64,000 bases of DNA, from NCBI GenBank assembly GCA_031273925.1, contig JAISQW010000005.1:124920-188919 (forward strand), given 5' to 3'. Positions 10,926 through 22,085 of the stretch are shown one piece after another (position 1 is the stretch's first letter; each line of letters starts with the position of its first letter). Below the pieces are notes generated by a model that saw nothing but the letters and a program-made list of their open reading frames with translations, was not told the origin of the DNA and made no database searches. A program made the translations under genes and the position numbers. This DNA is from Endomicrobium sp. GTDB lineage: Bacteria > Elusimicrobiota > Endomicrobiia > Endomicrobiales > Endomicrobiaceae.

Positions 10926-11837
10926 ATGCTATACGATGTTGTTATAATTGGTGCTGGCCCATCAGGTTTATCAGCTGCTATTTATGCTTCAAGAGCAAAA
11001 TTAAAAACTTTGATTATAGAAAAAAAATGGTGTGGTGGAAAAATGGCTACAATTGGGTTACTTGAAAATTATCCTGGGTTTTATGATGAAATCAGTGGGC
11101 ATGATCTCTCAATAAAATTTGAAAAACATGCAGTAAAATTCGGAGCAAAATTGGTTTATGATGAAGTAAAAAAAATTGATAATAATACAATTAAAAAAAT
11201 AATTACTGTAAATTCTAATTATAATACTAAAAGTATTATTATAGCTACAGGAACAAGTATAAGAAAAACTAATATTTTAGGTGAAGAGATTTTTATAGGA
11301 AAAGGAGTATCTTTTTGTGCTACATGCGATGCTCCTTTTTATAAAGATAAAACGGTTTTAGTAATAGGAGGGGGTGATTCTGCGATACAAGAATCTATTT
11401 ATTTATCAAAGTTTGCAAAAAATGTAATCATTATACATAGAAGAAATAAACTGAGAGCAACAAGTATTTTACAAAAAAGAATTACTTTATATTCTAATAT
11501 TTTTATATTATATAATTATTTGGTAAAAGAAATTTTAGGCAAAAATACTGTTGAAAAGGTTATTATAGAGAATATAAAGACACATAAAAAAAAAGAAATG
11601 AAAATTGATGGTGTTTTTATTTTTGTTGGACAAATTCCAAACACATCATTTGTGACAAATATTACACTTAGTTCTAACCAATATATCATCACAGATAATG
11701 ATATGAATACTTCTGTTTCAGGAATTTTTGCTTGTGGAGATGTAAGAGAAAAATTATTAAAACAAATTATAATATCTGCATCGGATGGAGCAGTAGCGGC
11801 TATTGGTGCTCAAAACTATATAGAACTATGTTCTTAA
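10926..11837 (+). CDS. trxB: Thioredoxin reductase (NADPH)
   Basis: GAGPSG, CATCD, GGGDSA and HRRNKLRA motifs; start chosen at ATG 10926. Confidence 0.96.
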   Translation: MLYDVVIIGAGPSGLSAAIYASRAKLKTLIIEKKWCGGKMATIGLLENYPGFYDEISGHDLSIKFEKHAVKFGAKLVYDEVKKIDNNTIKKIITVNSNYNTKSIIIATGTSIRKTNILGEEIFIGKGVSFCATCDAPFYKDKTVLVIGGGDSAIQESIYLSKFAKNVIIIHRRNKLRATSILQKRITLYSNIFILYNYLVKEILGKNTVEKVIIENIKTHKKKEMKIDGVFIFVGQIPNTSFVTNITLSSNQYIITDNDMNTSVSGIFACGDVREKLLKQIIISASDGAVAAIGAQNYIELCS

Positions 11838-11914
11838 TTATCTACTATGTTATTTTAAATTAATATTTTTTTAAAAAAATCATATGTTGATGGAGTTGTT
11901 TCTAATAAAATTTT

Positions 11915-12781
11915 ATGAAAAGATTTTTAATTATAGATGGTAATACATATATATATAGGTCATATTATGCTATACCTCCTTTTTTTACTGCTAAGAATCA
12001 ACAAATAAATGCAGTGTACGGCTTTATAAATTTATTGTTAAAAATAAATAGCAAATTTAATCCAGATTATTTTACTATTTGTTTTGACCACCCTGCAATA
12101 ACTTTTAGAAAAAAAATATTTAAAAATTATAAAGCAAATAGGAAACCTATTGATGATGCATTAATAAATCAAATTCCAATTATTAAAGAAGGTATGAAGG
12201 CTTTAAATATTAATATTATAGAAGCAGAAGGATATGAAGCTGATGATTCAATTGCTACGTTGGTGGAAATCAACAAAAATGAAAATATACAAATTATTAT
12301 TGTTACAGGTGATAAAGATATTTTACAATTGGTAAATGATACAAATATTTTAATTTGGAACGACTCTAAAAATATTATGTATAATGCGAAAAAAGTTATA
12401 GAAAAATATGGTATTGCCCCATGTCAACTTTCTGATTTTTTTGCCTTAACAGGAGATATTGCGGATAACATTCCTGGTATAAAAGGAATTGGTAAAGTTA
12501 CCGCTATGAAACTTATTAAAAAATTTGGAAATGTTGAAAATATTTTACAAAATATAAATTTTATAAATGGTAAAATTGGGAAACTATTATTATATGGTCA
12601 AGATAAAATGTGGTTAAGTAAAAAATTAATAAAATTAAATAAACAAGTACCTATAAATTATAAACTTAAAAATTTTGAAAATAAAAATTCAGATAAAGAA
12701 AAAGCAATTGCTTTTTTTAAAAAATATAGATTTAAAAGCTTATTAACAAAATATTGTAAAAGGCTTAGAAATAGTTCGTGA
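11915..12781 (+). CDS. 5'-3' exonuclease (PolA N-terminal domain only)
   Basis: LIIDGN, YKANR, GYEADD, TGDKD and GDIADNIPGIKGIGKVTA (H3TH) motifs; ends at 288 aa with no polymerase domain; upstream of coaE. Confidence 0.9.
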   Translation: MKRFLIIDGNTYIYRSYYAIPPFFTAKNQQINAVYGFINLLLKINSKFNPDYFTICFDHPAITFRKKIFKNYKANRKPIDDALINQIPIIKEGMKALNINIIEAEGYEADDSIATLVEINKNENIQIIIVTGDKDILQLVNDTNILIWNDSKNIMYNAKKVIEKYGIAPCQLSDFFALTGDIADNIPGIKGIGKVTAMKLIKKFGNVENILQNINFINGKIGKLLLYGQDKMWLSKKLIKLNKQVPINYKLKNFENKNSDKEKAIAFFKKYRFKSLLTKYCKRLRNSS

Positions 12782-13275
12782 TTATTTTGTAAAAAAATAT
12801 TAGAATAGTTGATATTATTTAAATCGAGGTGTTTAAGTTTCATTAAATTATATAGCATATTATGAAGATATATATCAAAAAAAAATGTTTAAAGTTTAAT
12901 GTAAAAAAATATTTTTAAAATATGAAAAAACTTAATAATACATTAATAAAAAAATGCTTATAGTATGTAAATTTTGATGTTGATTAAATAAAAAATATAT
13001 ATCTTATCTGTTAAAACAGATATACTGAAAATAGTATTCATATTATAATTTGAATTTTTTACAGCTTAAAAATCTTAAAAATTCTTAAAGCTCTTAAAAA
13101 TAGCATTATGGCAAAATATTTAAATTTTGATATAATCATATTGTAATTTTAATCTTGTAAAGCAATTAAAGCAGTTTTTTATTATAAAAATTGAAATGCA
13201 TGTTGATAAATATTCAAAATAATAAAGCAATCATTGTTAAATATTTGTGTGAAAATAATTGTGGGATGGTAAATA

Positions 13276-13863
13276 ATGATTATAGGATTGACTGGTGGTA
13301 TTGCTGTTGGTAAAAATGAAAGTGCAAATTTTTTTAAAACTTATCATGATATTTACTCTATAGATGTTGATGCAATATCAAAAGAAATTACTACAAGGAG
13401 AACATTAATTTTAGACAAACTTATACAAGTTTTTGGACATAATATTCTATTAAATGGATCGTTAAATAGAAAAAAAATGGGATATATTATTTTTTCTGAT
13501 AAACTTGCAAGAAAAGAAATAGAAAAAATTACACACAATCATATAATTATGTATGCAAAAAAAATCATTTCATATAAAATGAAATACAAATACAATATCA
13601 TAATAAATGCTCCTCTTCTTTTTGAATCTGGATTAAACAAAATTTGTGATAAAATTATTATCATAAAAGCTACATATAACATTCAGGTTAAGCGTATTAT
13701 GTTACGTGATAATCTTAATATCACTGAAATTAATAAAAGAATTTATTCTCAAATGCCTATAGATGAAAAAATAAGATATGCAGATTATGTAGTAGATAAT
13801 ACAGGTTCTAAAAAAGATCTAAAAAAAGAAATTGATAATTTGCATAGATTGTTGACATCTTAA
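13276..13863 (+). CDS. coaE: Dephospho-CoA kinase
   Basis: IGLTGGIAVGK, PLLFE and SQMP...K...ADYVVDN motifs. Confidence 0.93.
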   Translation: MIIGLTGGIAVGKNESANFFKTYHDIYSIDVDAISKEITTRRTLILDKLIQVFGHNILLNGSLNRKKMGYIIFSDKLARKEIEKITHNHIIMYAKKIISYKMKYKYNIIINAPLLFESGLNKICDKIIIIKATYNIQVKRIMLRDNLNITEINKRIYSQMPIDEKIRYADYVVDNTGSKKDLKKEIDNLHRLLTS

Positions 13864-13880
13864 ATGTAATAATATAAAAT
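13852..13880 (+). promoter_or_regulatory. Putative sigma70 promoter of rho
   Basis: TTGACA (within the last coaE codons), 17-nt spacer, TAAAAT. Confidence 0.55.
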
Positions 13881-14087
13881 CCTGCTTGTTTAAATTTTAA
13901 AAATATCTTCCTAATTAATATAAGATAAACCAAATATAAATAAAGTTGTAATAGGCTTAATTAAGGGAATATTATATATGATAAAGATTATCGAGATGGT
14001 ATTTGTCAATAATATATGTTTTTTATTTTTATTGATAACTTATGATTACAGTTTAATGTGTGAAAATTCTTTAGGGAGTTTATAATA

Positions 14088-15377
14088 ATGGGAAGGGATA
14101 AAACTATGAATGTGTCGATTTTGTCTAAACGTACAATGATTGAACTTATAGAAATAGCAAAAACTTTAAAACTTGAAAATGTTGCTGGTTTAAGAAAACA
14201 GGAATTAATAGCAAAAATTTTTGAAGCACAAACAAAAGAAAATAAACTGGTTTATGATGAAGGTGTTTTAGAAATATTGCCAGATGGATTTGGTTTTTTA
14301 CGTTCACCTGATTATAATTACTTACCCGGGCCGGATGATATATATATATCACCATCACAAATAAAAAAATTTGTTTTAAGAAAAGGTGATACTGTTGCTG
14401 GTTATGTTCGTCCACCTCAAGCACAACAAGAAAGGTATTTCGCACTTTTACAGGTAAAATCAATTAATGGGCAGGAGAATTTAGAAGGTATAAGGGATAG
14501 GGTTCTCTTTGATAATTTGACTCCTTTATACCCAAATGAAAAAATAGTACTTGAAACTAAAAAAGATGAAGTGTCAACAAGAATTATAGATATGCTTGTA
14601 CCTATTGGTAAAGGGCAGAGAGTCTTAATTAATGCAGCTCCAAGAACTGGTAAAACAGTTCTGTTACAGAAAATAGCAAATGCAGTAATTCAAAATGAAC
14701 CAAATATTGTACTTATGGTTTTACTAATAGATGAAAGACCTGAAGAGGTTACAGATATGCAACGTTTGGTTAAAGTTGAAGTTATATCTTCTACCTTTGA
14801 TGAAGCAGCTGATAGACACATACAAGTTGCTGAAATGGTTATAGAAAAAGCCAAAAGAATGGTTGAAAGTGGCAAAAATGTAGTTATTCTTTTAGATTCT
14901 ATAACAAGGCTTGCAAGAGCATATAATACAGTGATACCTTCTAGTGGACGAGTTCTTTCTGGTGGTCTTGATTCAAATGCTCTTCAAAGACCTAAAAGAT
15001 TTTTTGGTGCAGCAAGAAATATAGAAGAAGGTGGCAGTCTTACAATTATAGGTACAGCTCTTGTTGAAACTGGTAGTAGAATGGATGATGTTATATTTGA
15101 AGAATTTAAAGGTACAGGAAATTGTGAAATTTATCTTGATAGAAAGCTTGCAGATAGAAGAATATTCCCATCTATAGATCTTTTACGCTCTGGTACTAGA
15201 AAAGAAGAATTTCTTTTGAGTGAAGATGAAAAAAATAAAATGTGGATATTGAGGAAATGGATGAATTCTATGAATTCTATAGAGGTTATGGAAGAATTAG
15301 TAAGAAGACTTATAAACTCAAAATCTAACAAGGATTTTTTAAAACAAATGGAAATCTCAAGTACTGAAATATTGTAA
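14088..15377 (+). CDS. rho: Transcription termination factor Rho
   Basis: [32 protein letters not shown] and FEEFKGTGN motifs. Confidence 0.98.
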   Translation: MGRDKTMNVSILSKRTMIELIEIAKTLKLENVAGLRKQELIAKIFEAQTKENKLVYDEGVLEILPDGFGFLRSPDYNYLPGPDDIYISPSQIKKFVLRKGDTVAGYVRPPQAQQERYFALLQVKSINGQENLEGIRDRVLFDNLTPLYPNEKIVLETKKDEVSTRIIDMLVPIGKGQRVLINAAPRTGKTVLLQKIANAVIQNEPNIVLMVLLIDERPEEVTDMQRLVKVEVISSTFDEAADRHIQVAEMVIEKAKRMVESGKNVVILLDSITRLARAYNTVIPSSGRVLSGGLDSNALQRPKRFFGAARNIEEGGSLTIIGTALVETGSRMDDVIFEEFKGTGNCEIYLDRKLADRRIFPSIDLLRSGTRKEEFLLSEDEKNKMWILRKWMNSMNSIEVMEELVRRLINSKSNKDFLKQMEISSTEIL

Positions 15378-15451
15378 TGTGGTTTTTACATGAATTAAAT
15401 TTAAAATGTTATTCGTTTTATAATAAAAATGTGAAGGGGAAATCATAAATA

Positions 15452-15697
15452 ATGAAAGAGTTTATTCATCCGAAGTATGAAAAAAGTGTAGTTTCGTGTG
15501 CCTGTGGTTATTCTTTTGTAACTCGTTCTACAAAATTTGTAATAAAATTAGAAATATGTTCTAATTGTCATCCTTTTTTTACTGGTAAACAAAAATTTAT
15601 AGATACAGCAGGAAGAGTTGAAAAATTCCAAATTCGTTCTATAAAAACAGAAAAAATAAAGAAACTGGAAAAGATAGGAATTAAAAAAAATACATAA
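15452..15697 (+). CDS. rpmE: 50S ribosomal protein L31 (Zn-binding type)
   Basis: [19 protein letters not shown] and GRVEKF motifs. Confidence 0.96.
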   Translation: MKEFIHPKYEKSVVSCACGYSFVTRSTKFVIKLEICSNCHPFFTGKQKFIDTAGRVEKFQIRSIKTEKIKKLEKIGIKKNT

Positions 15698-15822
15698 TAA
15701 AAACAAAGAATATGAAATTTTAATGTTTGTATTTTTTTTTAAAAACTATGTGCAAAAACCTGTTTTACTAAACATTTTATTACGTATTTTTTAATATAAT
15801 TTATAATAGTTTGTTATTAATA

Positions 15823-16884
15823 ATGTTTCTTAAAAAATTAAAGATGTTAAATAATCAGTTTAAAGAAGTTGAGAGAATTCTCAACAATTTATCAGTTAGT
15901 ACTTATGATAAAGAAATATATAAAAAAAATAAAAACCTATATTCGTATTTACGTCCGTTTTCAGAAAAATATACTCAATATTCTAAACTTTTAGAGGATA
16001 TAAAAAATATTAAAGAATTGCTAAAAGACAATGAAATAAAAGAAATGGCTATTACTGAATATAATGTACTTATTGAGAAAAAGAATGAAATGGAAGTAGA
16101 TTTAAAAAAAATATTTATACCGTACGATCCTCTTGAAACTAAGAATATTATTATTGAAATTCGTGCTGGTACAGGTGGAACCGAAGCCACTTTATTTGTA
16201 AACGATTTATATAGAATGTATATTAAATTTGCGGAGCGCAATGGTTGGAAACATGAAATTTTGGATTTAAATCCTACTGTTGTTGGTGGTTTTAAAGAAA
16301 TTATATTTGAAATAAAAGGTGATAAGGTATGGCGTTATTTTAAATTTGAAAGAGGCACACACAGAGTACAGAGAATTCCAACTACTGAAACTTCTGGTAG
16401 ATTACACACTTCCACAGCAACTGTAGCAGTTATTATTGAAGCAGGGGAAATAGATGTTGAAATAAAGATGACAGATATAAGAATAGATACTTATAGAGCA
16501 TCAGGAGCTGGAGGACAACACGTTAATAAAACAGATTCTGCAATAAGAATTACACATTTACCATCTGGAATTGTTGTGTCATGTCAAGATGAAAGAAGTC
16601 AAATGAAAAATAAAACCAAAGCATTTAAGGTTCTTAGAGCAAAACTTTATAATAAAAGACTTTTAGAACGTGATAATAAAATTTCAAGTGAAAGAAAACA
16701 ACAAATAGGATCTGGCGATAGGTCTGAAAAAATAAGAACATATAATTTTCAACAAAACAGAATTACAGATCATAGAATAGGATATAGTGTTTACAACATT
16801 ATTGAAGTTATGAATGGTAATTTATCAGAACTTATTAATAGATTAATTGAAGTAGACATTGAATCTAAATTTAAGGATAATTAG
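15823..16884 (+). CDS. prfA: Peptide chain release factor 1
   Basis: [18 protein letters not shown] (PxT), GGQ and RTYNF motifs; start chosen at ATG 15823. Confidence 0.97.
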   Translation: MFLKKLKMLNNQFKEVERILNNLSVSTYDKEIYKKNKNLYSYLRPFSEKYTQYSKLLEDIKNIKELLKDNEIKEMAITEYNVLIEKKNEMEVDLKKIFIPYDPLETKNIIIEIRAGTGGTEATLFVNDLYRMYIKFAERNGWKHEILDLNPTVVGGFKEIIFEIKGDKVWRYFKFERGTHRVQRIPTTETSGRLHTSTATVAVIIEAGEIDVEIKMTDIRIDTYRASGAGGQHVNKTDSAIRITHLPSGIVVSCQDERSQMKNKTKAFKVLRAKLYNKRLLERDNKISSERKQQIGSGDRSEKIRTYNFQQNRITDHRIGYSVYNIIEVMNGNLSELINRLIEVDIESKFKDN

Positions 16885-17741
16885 TGTTTAATAATGGTAA
16901 TATTGGTTTTTTGTTAAAAGTATCCGAAAAATTTTTAAATTTTAACGGTCTTCCAGAATCAAAACTTGATTCTGAAATTCTTTTGAGTTTTATATTGCAA
17001 ATTAAACGATTTGAACTTTATTTTGTAAGAAATTTTAATCTTACAAATGAACAAATATCAAGATTTGAAAAATATATTATAAGACGTTCTAATAGAGAAC
17101 CATTAGTATATATAATGGAATCTTCTGGCTTTATGGGCTTTGAATTTAAGGTAAATAGGAACGTTTTTATCCCTAGATTTGAAACGGAACTTTTAGTTGA
17201 TACTGTATTAAAAATTGCAAAAACAAATAAAAATAACAATGCAGTTTTAGATTTATGTACAGGATCTGGGTGTATAGCCATTAGTTTAGCAAAACTTGGT
17301 AATTTCAAAAATATTACAGCTTCAGATATAAATAATAATGTATTAGAGATAGCTAAAAAAAATGTAAAAATTAATAACGTTTCAAATATAAATTTTATAA
17401 AAAGTGATATATTTAGTAATATGCATGATGATAAATTCGATATCATAGTTTCAAATCCACCTTATGTTTCAAAATTTGAATATAGTTTTTTAGATTACGA
17501 ATTAAGGTATGAACCAAAATTAGCTTTACTTGCACAAGATAATGGATTATTTTTTTATAAAGAGATTAAAAATAAAGCTTTAAAACATTTAAATAAAAAT
17601 GGTAGTCTTTTGCTTGAGTTAAATGCCAATAAATCTAATATTATAAAGAATATGTTTATGGCTGATGATAATTATAAAAATATAGAAATACTAAATGATT
17701 ATTCTGGACTTCCCAGAATATTAAAAGTAAATGTTAAATAA
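16884..17741 (+). CDS. prmC: Release factor glutamine methyltransferase
   Basis: IPRFETE, DLCTGSG and SNPPY motifs; follows prfA. Confidence 0.95.
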   Translation: MFNNGNIGFLLKVSEKFLNFNGLPESKLDSEILLSFILQIKRFELYFVRNFNLTNEQISRFEKYIIRRSNREPLVYIMESSGFMGFEFKVNRNVFIPRFETELLVDTVLKIAKTNKNNNAVLDLCTGSGCIAISLAKLGNFKNITASDINNNVLEIAKKNVKINNVSNINFIKSDIFSNMHDDKFDIIVSNPPYVSKFEYSFLDYELRYEPKLALLAQDNGLFFYKEIKNKALKHLNKNGSLLLELNANKSNIIKNMFMADDNYKNIEILNDYSGLPRILKVNVK

Positions 17742-17765
17742 AAATATAACGATAATAGTAATAAA

Positions 17766-19022
17766 ATGGAAAAAATATTGATAAATGGTGGTAAAAAATT
17801 AAAAGGTAAAATTAATATTTCTGGTTCAAAAAATTCCACTTTGCCAATTTTATTTGCAACTTTACTTACTGATGATCAAGCAACAATAACAAATATTCCT
17901 TCTCTTACAGACGTAGATACAACAATAATGTTTTTAAATTTTATAGGCAAAAATATTATTAAACGTGGAAATACTATTAAAACTTATCCTTCAGTAAATA
18001 AATATAAACATATAGCTCCATACGATTTAGTTAGAAAAATGCGGGCAAGTATTTTAGTAATGGGGCCATTACTCTCAAGATTTAGAAAAGTATGTATATC
18101 TTTACCTGGTGGTTGTACTATAGGAGCTAGACCAATAGATATACATTTAAATGCATTTCAAAAAATGGGAGCAAAAATTACAACGGAAAATGGATATGTA
18201 AAAACTTTTGTTAGAAATAGACTTAAGGGTACAATGATAAATTTTAAATTTCCAAGTGTAGGCGCAACAGAAAATGTAATGCTAAGTGCGGTTTTAGCAA
18301 ACGGTGATACAATTATTAGTAATGCTGCAACTGAACCTGAAATAGAAGATTTGGCTAATGTTTTAAATAAAATGGGTTCAAAAATCATCGGAGCAGGAAC
18401 AAAAAAAATAATAATAAAAGGTGTAAACAAACTGCATGGCTTTGATCATGCAGTAATTCCTGATAGAATAGAAGCAGCCACATATATTATTGCAGCAGCC
18501 ATAACAAAAGGAGAAATTACATTGCAAAAAGTTTTACCTCAACATTTAAGAATAATTATTGATAAATTAAAAAAATGTGGTCTTTATATAACAGAAACAG
18601 AAAATACAATCTTTGCAAAATGGATAAAAGAATTAAATCCACAAAATATTAAAACTGAAGTTTATCCTGGATTCCCTACAGATGTTCAAGCACAATGGAT
18701 GGTATTGATGTGTCTTTTAAAAGGAAAAACATCTATAATTGAAGAAAATATTTTTGAAAATAGGTTCATGCATGTTGCTGAATTACAAAGATTTGGAGCA
18801 GATATAATAATTAATGGAAAAACTGTAAAAATAAACGGTGTAGAAAAATTTTCAGGAGCCCCAGTAATGGTATCAGATTTAAGAGCTGGAGCTGCACTTG
18901 TTTTAGCAGGACTTGCAGCTGAAGGACAAACTATTATTTCTAGAATTTATCATTTAAAAAGGGGATATGATATGCTTGAAAAAAAATTAAAACAATTAGG
19001 AGCAGATATAAGAAAAATTTGA
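17766..19022 (+). CDS. murA: UDP-N-acetylglucosamine enolpyruvyl transferase
   Basis: SGSKN, PGGCTIGARP, SVGATEN, PGFPTD and DLRAGA motifs. Confidence 0.97.
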   Translation: MEKILINGGKKLKGKINISGSKNSTLPILFATLLTDDQATITNIPSLTDVDTTIMFLNFIGKNIIKRGNTIKTYPSVNKYKHIAPYDLVRKMRASILVMGPLLSRFRKVCISLPGGCTIGARPIDIHLNAFQKMGAKITTENGYVKTFVRNRLKGTMINFKFPSVGATENVMLSAVLANGDTIISNAATEPEIEDLANVLNKMGSKIIGAGTKKIIIKGVNKLHGFDHAVIPDRIEAATYIIAAAITKGEITLQKVLPQHLRIIIDKLKKCGLYITETENTIFAKWIKELNPQNIKTEVYPGFPTDVQAQWMVLMCLLKGKTSIIEENIFENRFMHVAELQRFGADIIINGKTVKINGVEKFSGAPVMVSDLRAGAALVLAGLAAEGQTIISRIYHLKRGYDMLEKKLKQLGADIRKI

Positions 19023-19046
19023 CATTTTACGTATGTATTTTAACAT
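19019..19046 (+). promoter_or_regulatory. Putative sigma70 promoter of rpsB-tsf
   Basis: TTGACA overlapping the murA TGA stop, 16-nt spacer, TAACAT. Confidence 0.45.
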
Positions 19047-19218
19047 TGAAAGATAAGACAATTTTTGATAACATAAGTGAGATAATAGTGAGTGATTTAC
19101 CTAGTTGTTTATAAATTTATATTTTTTTTATTGCATTAATAATGTGTATTGAAATTTGTAAATGTGGTTTTTATGAGTAGTAAAGAGTCTATAAAATAAA
19201 ACGTTTAAAAGGATTATT

Positions 19219-20007
19219 ATGTCAAATATTACAATGAAAGCTTTGTTAGAAGCTGGTGTCCACTTTGGACATCAAACTAGAAGATGGAATCCAAAGATGT
19301 CAAAATTTATTTTTGGCAAAAGAAACAAAATTCATATTATCGATTTGCAAAAAACACTTAAAGAGTTAAAAAAAAATTATAAGCTTATTGTAAATTTTAT
19401 TTCTGAGGGTAAAAGGATAATATTTGTAGGTACGAAAAAACAGGCTAGACTGTCAGTAAAAGAAGAAGCTATACGTTGTGGTGCATATTTTGTCACCGAA
19501 AGATGGTTAGGAGGAACACTTACAAATTTTGAAACATTAAAAAAATCTATTACAAGAGTTAAAGAAATTGAAAAAATGAATGAAGATGGGATATTTAATA
19601 TTATTTCTAAAAAAGAACTTGCACGAATTAAAAAGAAAAAAATGAAACTTGATAGATCATTAGAAGGTATTAAAAATATGTTATCTATTCCAGAACTTAT
19701 GTTTGTTATAGATTCTTATGAGGAAAACATAGCTATAATAGAAGCAAAAAAATTGAATATTCCTGTCATCGCAATTTGCGATACAAATTGCGACCCAGAT
19801 TTAATAGATTATCCTATACCAGGCAACGATGATGCTATAAGAGCTATAAAATTATTCTGTTCCGTTATTGCGGATGCTGTTTTAGAAGGTAAAAATATTT
19901 TCGACAAAAAAGAAAAAAATAATGAGAAAGAAATTACTAATGGTATAATATGTAACGAAGTTGAACAAAATTCTATTAAAGAAGAGAGTAAATTAAATGT
20001 CAACTAA
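19219..20007 (+). CDS. rpsB: 30S ribosomal protein S2
   Basis: [27 protein letters not shown] and PGNDDA motifs. Confidence 0.98.
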   Translation: MSNITMKALLEAGVHFGHQTRRWNPKMSKFIFGKRNKIHIIDLQKTLKELKKNYKLIVNFISEGKRIIFVGTKKQARLSVKEEAIRCGAYFVTERWLGGTLTNFETLKKSITRVKEIEKMNEDGIFNIISKKELARIKKKKMKLDRSLEGIKNMLSIPELMFVIDSYEENIAIIEAKKLNIPVIAICDTNCDPDLIDYPIPGNDDAIRAIKLFCSVIADAVLEGKNIFDKKEKNNEKEITNGIICNEVEQNSIKEESKLNVN

Positions 20008-20593
20008 TCTTATATCGAAATTAAGGAAAATTACAGGTGCAGGTATAAAAATTTGTAGTGATGCGTTGAAGGAATCAAACTATGATATAGATAAAGCGTG
20101 TTTATGGCTTAGAAAAAATGGGTTAATTGATGTTCTTGAAAAATCAAATAAATTTGCAAAGCAAGGAATAATTCATTCTTATATACATGGTAATGGTGTT
20201 TTAGGTGTTTTAGTTGAAGTTAATTGCGAAACTGATTTTGTAGCTAGAACTTATGACTTTAAAAATTTAGTTAAAGAAATTTCTATGCAAATTGCAGCAT
20301 TTGCCCCTGTTTATATTTCGCGTAATCAAATTCCAAGAAATATCATAGAAACCGAAAAGAATATTTATAAAATACAATTTGAAAAAGAGCGAAAATCTAA
20401 AAGTCTCATAGATAAAGTTATTAATGGGAAAATTGAAAAATTTTACAAAACAGTATGTCTATATGATCAAATTTATATGAGGGATGTTTTGGGTAAAATG
20501 ACAATTAAGGATTTAGTAAAAAATACTATTGCAAAGGTTGGTGAAAATATAGTTATAAAAAGATTTGTAAGATTCAAACTCGGAGAAAATTAG
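19997..20593 (+). CDS. tsf: Elongation factor Ts (short form)
   Basis: [10 protein letters not shown] and [13 protein letters not shown] motifs; follows rpsB. Confidence 0.96.
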   Translation: MSTNLISKLRKITGAGIKICSDALKESNYDIDKACLWLRKNGLIDVLEKSNKFAKQGIIHSYIHGNGVLGVLVEVNCETDFVARTYDFKNLVKEISMQIAAFAPVYISRNQIPRNIIETEKNIYKIQFEKERKSKSLIDKVINGKIEKFYKTVCLYDQIYMRDVLGKMTIKDLVKNTIAKVGENIVIKRFVRFKLGEN

Positions 20594-20595
20594 TT

Positions 20596-21294
20596 ATGAA
20601 CACAAAAAGAATGCTTTTAAAACTTTCAGGAGAATCTTTTTCTGATGCTTCATCGTTTATAAGTTCTAAAAGTCTTTTAAGAACAGTAGATGAGATTAAA
20701 TCAGCTATAAATAACAAAAATAATGTACAACTTGCCATTGTTGTGGGTGCAGGCAATATTTGGAGGGGAGCTGGAAAATTTATAGAAAGAGTTACTGCAG
20801 ATAAAATGGGAATGCTTGCAACAATTATAAATGCTGTTGCATTAAATAGTATTTTTTTAAAGAAAAAAATAAAATCCAGAGTATTTTCATCAAATTTAAT
20901 TGATGATTTTGTTGAGAAATTTGACATAAAAAAAATACAAAAATCTATTGAACATGGTGAAATAGTTATATTTGCTGGTGGAACCGGTAAACCTTTTTTT
21001 ACAACAGATACTTCGGCAGCCTTGATGGCAGCAAAAATAAAAGCTAAAATTTTACTCAAAGCTACACAGGTTAATGGGATTTATAATACTGACCCAAAAA
21101 TAAATAATGGTGCTATAAAATTTGAGTCTTTAACTTTTAAAGAAGTAATAGATAAAAACTTAAAAATAATGGATACTGAAGCTTTTGTTTTGTGTATGCA
21201 AAAAAAAATATCCATTGTTGTTTTCGATTTTTATAAAAATGGAAATTTAAAAAAAATTTTAAATGGTGAAAAAATAGGTACTACAATAGTTTAA
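20596..21294 (+). CDS. pyrH: UMP kinase
   Basis: LLKLSGE, GAGNIWRG and GTGKPFFTTD motifs. Confidence 0.96.
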   Translation: MNTKRMLLKLSGESFSDASSFISSKSLLRTVDEIKSAINNKNNVQLAIVVGAGNIWRGAGKFIERVTADKMGMLATIINAVALNSIFLKKKIKSRVFSSNLIDDFVEKFDIKKIQKSIEHGEIVIFAGGTGKPFFTTDTSAALMAAKIKAKILLKATQVNGIYNTDPKINNGAIKFESLTFKEVIDKNLKIMDTEAFVLCMQKKISIVVFDFYKNGNLKKILNGEKIGTTIV

Positions 21295-21311
21295 TATGAG
21301 AGTGTAAAACA

Positions 21312-21872
21312 ATGCAAAATTATGATTTTTTTTTGGCAGCAAAAAAAGCCATGTCAAATATTTTAGATAAATTTAAAATTGAACTGTCCTATATAAAAAC
21401 CAATAAAGCAAATATTGCTTTAGTAGAAAATATAAAAGTTGAAAGTGGCAATACTTTTGATGTAATAAATAAAATTGCTACAATTAGTGTTGTAAATATG
21501 AAGACAATAGAGATAAGACCATGGAATATTGCTAAATTAAGTGAAATAGAAAGGGCATTATTCAAAGCTAATTTAGGTGTAAGTCATGTAAATAATGGTA
21601 AAGTTATACGTGTTTATATACCAAATCTTACAGAAGAAAGAAGAAAAGAAATTGTGAAATTTATAATTAAAAAGACTGAAAGTTTTAAAATAGCTTTAAG
21701 AAATGAACGAAGGATTTTAATTGAAAATATAAAAAAACTTAAAAGAGATAAAATTATTGATGAAGATAATATGAGAAAATTTGAAGTTGAAGCACAAAAG
21801 ATTACTAATGAATTTATTGAAAAAATAAATAATATCGTAATTGCTAAAGAAAAAGAAATAATGCAAGTGTAA
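21312..21872 (+). CDS. frr: Ribosome recycling factor
   Basis: PNLTEERRKE, LRNERR and KEKEIMQV motifs; follows pyrH. Confidence 0.93.
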   Translation: MQNYDFFLAAKKAMSNILDKFKIELSYIKTNKANIALVENIKVESGNTFDVINKIATISVVNMKTIEIRPWNIAKLSEIERALFKANLGVSHVNNGKVIRVYIPNLTEERRKEIVKFIIKKTESFKIALRNERRILIENIKKLKRDKIIDEDNMRKFEVEAQKITNEFIEKINNIVIAKEKEIMQV

Positions 21873-21911
21873 TTTTATTGTATTAAATATAATAAGAGGA
21901 GATTAACTATT

Positions 21912-22085
21912 ATGATTTTTAAAATTGATCCAAATACATGTATAGGATGTGGAGTATGTGTAAAAAGCTGTTCTGTGTCTGCTATTAAACAAGATGATGA
22001 TAAATATATAATAAATACAGAAGTATGTATAGGGTGTGGAATATGTGCTGGAAATTGTCCTTTAAATGCAATTTCTAATGAATAA
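21912..22085 (+). CDS. 2[4Fe-4S] bacterial-type ferredoxin, 57 aa (absent from ORF track)
   Basis: Translated by hand: MIFKIDPNTCIGCGVCVKSCSVSAIKQDDDKYIINTEVCIGCGICAGNCPLNAISNE*; two CxxCxxCxxxC motifs; AGAGGAG RBS. Confidence 0.93.
   Translation: MIFKIDPNTCIGCGVCVKSCSVSAIKQDDDKYIINTEVCIGCGICAGNCPLNAISNE

Noticed and set aside
13065-13100. Four short CTTAAA-based tandem units, considered as a mini-CRISPR or iterons
   Set aside because: Units of about 9-10 nt with no spacers and low complexity; most likely replication slippage.
19997-20593. EF-Ts of only 198 aa as a truncation
   Set aside because: A short EF-Ts form is normal in several bacterial phyla, and both termini look complete.
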